64,000 bases of DNA, taken from assembly GCA_047495785.1 (NCBI GenBank), contig JBLDXI010000020.1:1922001-1986000 (forward strand), given 5' to 3'. This document shows positions 60,793-64,000 of the stretch, piece after piece. Under the pieces are notes generated by a model. It had not been told where the DNA came from and searched no databases. It saw only the letters and a list, made by a program, of their open reading frames with translations. The first letter of the stretch is position 1; every line of letters begins with the position of its first letter. The position numbers and the translations under genes were made by a program. The DNA is from Lepidodermella squamata (taxonomy: Eukaryota; Animalia; Gastrotricha).

Positions 60793-62919
60793 ATGTCGCT
60801 TACTGGCCTTCGCCTGTGGCTTGCCGTAGCCACGCTCGCCGCTTCACTAATTTCTTCCGCCACCGCTACTCGTTCAAAACGACAAACCGAACTTAACACG
60901 GACGCTTTCACTTCTGACCACGTAATTTTCCCGCAAGCATTGCTCAAAGGCACTAAGAAACAGCTGGTCTACATGTTCGACGACGTTATTTTAACCGCCT
61001 TGAATATGCAAGTTGAGTTTCAAAAGCCGAAATTTATTCGCCAATTTTATCCGGAGGAAGTTCAACACGTACTCGATTTTTGGGAGGAAACTGGGACATC
61101 GCTCGCTCCGTCGCCTTGGGACAAGTTGAAATCATGTGCCGCCTATCTCGGAAAATGGTGTACGCCGATACCGCCGTTCGGATTCTCAGAGTTCGACTGT
61201 TTGTCGCAGTGGGCCACTCAGTGCCAGCCGTCGACCGCGAAGCTGACCGCCTCGTCGACAGTGACTGGGAAACGATACCGCGCCAGGCGTGACTTAGACT
61301 GGATCTGCTCCTCGATAGTTCTACGTGGCATCAACGAACTATTCTCACACAACGGTTGCTCAACTACTGACGAAAATACGAAGAAAGCCCTCTACGCAGC
61401 GACGGCTGCTTTAAAAGAGGATGAGACTCAAATCAGAAAAATTGGCAACGCCACAATGCTGCTGGCGAAACAAACCCACCGGCTAGGACAACGTCTGCAA
61501 GCCGTGGAAGATGTGCTCATAAATTTGACCAGCGAATACACCAGCGATCGGCAGAAGTGGCACAACTTCAATAAACTGACTGCTTTTCACTTCACAAAGC
61601 AGGCAGCGATGCGTGACCAGTTCGCGCATGTCGAACGCATCCGAGTAGGCATAAACGATGGCTCGTTCGGTACCTATGAAATGACCGAGGCCATGGCGAC
61701 GAAAATCATCCGCCAGCTACAAATCTCACCCAGGCACAACGAAACGGTCAAATTACTAACCCAGGGTGTCCCATTGTTTGTCTCGGCCTGGATGTCCATC
61801 ACCGGCGCCGATCAACCCGATGTCATCGACGTTACAATTCGAGCGAAACTTCCGATAATAAGAAACTCGGTCTGCAACATCATCGCCTTGTCCCCGATCA
61901 GCTTGCTGGGCAACCGCAGCTGTTTAACGGCCCCGCGATCTGTCTACATCGGCATGTCCGCCATCCAATGCTCAGACCAGCCCGTCCGCTTATTTCCTAC
62001 CAGCTGTCTCGACGCCTGTACCACAATTTCACCCCACAAAATCGTCTGCCCACTTGAATTCTGCGATATTTCCACGACACCAGACTGGCTACAACAGACC
62101 GGCCTCGTCGCTGATTCCGAGCACGCCTTAGCTCTCGACCCCGTTATCAGCTCGAAAGCCGAGTTCAACTGGTGCGAACAAGCCAGCGATGTTGTGCGAC
62201 TCAACCACAGCTCGTTCCTCCTTCAAAAACCGGCGGCTGTCTCACTCTGGCGCGTTAATGGCACCGCCAGAAAACAAATTTTTAGCCGAAAATATTCGCA
62301 AAGTGGCCACATTTTCCACCTCTCTTGCAACCACATCATTAAAATTGGCGACCTCGAATTACACCCATCGGCCTTTGAATGCGACGAGGATCTGCGCCAA
62401 GAGATACTAACGGTCACCGAGTCGGGTCGATTAAAGCTACTTGACCCCAATACCAGCGACTACCCGACCCAACACAGCAAAAATATCGATAAAATCGTCG
62501 CCAGCCTTAAGGATTCAACCATGCGTGACGAGTTCAACCGGAATGATGCTACAACACTGCAGCTCGTCGAAAATATCAGCGCCAGCTCGGCCCAATTAGG
62601 TCTCTTCACGCAGCTGATGAGTATCTACGTTGGACAAATCGGCTCCTCCAACGACACCAACTCAGCGCTGCTATCGATTCTCCCAACCGGAGCGAATTCT
62701 CTCATACTGACACTGAACACCGTCGCAATCATTTACCTCATCTGCAATAGAAATCGCCCTTCAAACCCGCTCCAAATCCAGACAATAATGCCGACACTTC
62801 AAGTCCCAACCGCCCCACAACCGCCAGGATACGAAATACCGTCAACGGCCATTCCGCTCGACAAAGCCAACGAAGCGGAACCAAAACCACAGCCGCGCAA
62901 AAAGCGCTTCTACTATTGA
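60793..62919 (+). CDS. env: Env-like glycoprotein (class I fusogen architecture)
   Basis: 708 aa; signal peptide, furin-like RYRARR, hydrophobic segment and heptad-like helix, Cys-rich region, N-glycosylation sequons, C-terminal TM; lies between pol and the LTR. Confidence 0.85.
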   Translation: MSLTGLRLWLAVATLAASLISSATATRSKRQTELNTDAFTSDHVIFPQALLKGTKKQLVYMFDDVILTALNMQVEFQKPKFIRQFYPEEVQHVLDFWEETGTSLAPSPWDKLKSCAAYLGKWCTPIPPFGFSEFDCLSQWATQCQPSTAKLTASSTVTGKRYRARRDLDWICSSIVLRGINELFSHNGCSTTDENTKKALYAATAALKEDETQIRKIGNATMLLAKQTHRLGQRLQAVEDVLINLTSEYTSDRQKWHNFNKLTAFHFTKQAAMRDQFAHVERIRVGINDGSFGTYEMTEAMATKIIRQLQISPRHNETVKLLTQGVPLFVSAWMSITGADQPDVIDVTIRAKLPIIRNSVCNIIALSPISLLGNRSCLTAPRSVYIGMSAIQCSDQPVRLFPTSCLDACTTISPHKIVCPLEFCDISTTPDWLQQTGLVADSEHALALDPVISSKAEFNWCEQASDVVRLNHSSFLLQKPAAVSLWRVNGTARKQIFSRKYSQSGHIFHLSCNHIIKIGDLELHPSAFECDEDLRQEILTVTESGRLKLLDPNTSDYPTQHSKNIDKIVASLKDSTMRDEFNRNDATTLQLVENISASSAQLGLFTQLMSIYVGQIGSSNDTNSALLSILPTGANSLILTLNTVAIIYLICNRNRPSNPLQIQTIMPTLQVPTAPQPPGYEIPSTAIPLDKANEAEPKPQPRKKRFYY

Positions 62920-63071
62920 AAATCAAAATCACGAAGTTTTGTATATATATTTATCAGTGATCTTAATTATTGTAAATTCTCTCACAATACCATTTTCGAA
63001 TTTTTCTCTTGCCGTTATACTCCTTGCGTTTTCCCGCTTTCCAGGAGTAAAGCACCATTTCACCTGGGGAA

Positions 63072-63266
63072 TGTGCTATGCGGACGCGCGACACGCAAGT
63101 CGAGCGCGATTGGTCCGCATACCAACCAATAAGCGGCCTGCGTGCCGCAGTATAAATACCGAAACACAATAACAATAAAATGAGGAGTTTTGGATCATTT
63201 CTGCCTGACTGTTATTTACTCTTTATATCGAACCCGTGTGGTATCCGTACCGTGCCGGATATTACA
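63072..63266 (+). repeat. 3' LTR (about 195 bp)
   Basis: TGT...ACA termini after short purine tract ggggaa; CCAAT, TATAAA at about 63151 and AATAAA at about 63174; host duplication starts at the next base. Confidence 0.8.
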
Positions 63267-63386
63267 ATAATATAGGCTATACTACTAATTAATTTCGCCT
63301 CATTAAACTCTCCGGTCAACTCAATTATCGCAATATAAAACAGACAAATTCAAATTTATTCACAGAAATGCATATAAAAGTCTAAA

Positions 63387-63647
63387 CTAAGAGCGAAATA
63401 AAAATATTTTTCGGCCGGATCGTTTGCTTGGGATTGCTCGCGCGAAAATCGAGGACGCTCCAAGATCGGCTCCAGGATCAGCCTGCGGGACGTAGCCGTC
63501 GTCCTCCTCGCTGACTCTTATAGGCAAAGATTTCTCCGAATTGTCTTCATAGTCTTCGTATTCCATGTCATCATAAGAGCAGTAAGCGGGATGAATTGCA
63601 ATGAACGAGAACAAAAATAAAACCGTTAATAAAATGGAAAAATGCAT
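63387..63647 (-). CDS. Duplicate of family E gene 56106-56366
   Basis: Identical translation within the duplicated block. Confidence 0.7.
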   Translation of the reverse strand: MHFSILLTVLFLFSFIAIHPAYCSYDDMEYEDYEDNSEKSLPIRVSEEDDGYVPQADPGADLGASSIFARAIPSKRSGRKIFLFRS

Positions 63648-64000
63648 TTTTTTCGACAAAAACCTTCGCAAAAAACTGGCTAAAGTGACCTTGAAATGAG
63701 AGTGCCAGCGATGTCTAAACTTCAGGTGACCACGCATTATTAAAACTATACCCGCGAGAGTCATAAAAACGTAGAAAAACAGGGATATTGGGGAACTGTC
63801 CACCTGTAAATGAAACCTCGGGAGAGGTAATGACGGTAGCCTTTTCTTAATTTTATGCATAGGTACAAAGTAATTGAAAAAGGGATGGCTCTTCTGAAGC
63901 CCACTGAAATTTTCAAAAAGAATGGTCAGGAGTCAGGAAAATTACCCAGAAAGGCTGGTGACCAAAATTTTCTCTAAATTTATTTTATTTTTCAAAAAAA

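Larger units (their letters stand above)
56997..63266 (+). mobile_element. 5'-truncated env-bearing Ty3/gypsy LTR retrotransposon
   Basis: RT-RNaseH-integrase order, separate env ORF, purine tract and 3' LTR; no gag, protease or 5' LTR seen. Confidence 0.93.

Overview
AT-rich animal (invertebrate) genomic DNA with mostly short (about 50-60 nt) GT-AG introns; the organism cannot be identified from this sequence. Recognisable genes are two 8-cysteine (TspanC8-type) tetraspanins, two divergent alpha-type nicotinic acetylcholine receptor subunits and one long disordered protein with an N-myristoylation-type start. The rest is dominated by about 20 small signal-peptide genes and relics, most of which the ORF track misses or truncates because they are spliced. 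They fall into five families I do not recognise: (A) 4-Cys propeptide precursors, 7 copies; (B) His-rich peptides whose predicted mature N-terminus is always Xaa-Xaa-His (ATCUN-like), 6 copies plus fragments; (C) 8-Cys secreted proteins, 3 copies; (D) acidic-pro/cationic C-terminal peptides, 2 copies; (E) acidic Tyr-rich peptides, 2 paralogues plus an exact duplicate. The cluster shows birth-and-death evolution, with tandem duplication, frameshifts, a dead splice donor and transposon insertions. The right end holds a 5'-truncated but otherwise open Ty3/gypsy element with an env gene and a 3' LTR, flanked by an apparently exact duplication of host DNA. Several MITE-like elements and MULE, pogo and LINE relics are also present. 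All gene models were spliced and translated by hand, no database searches were run, and functions of the peptide families are inference.
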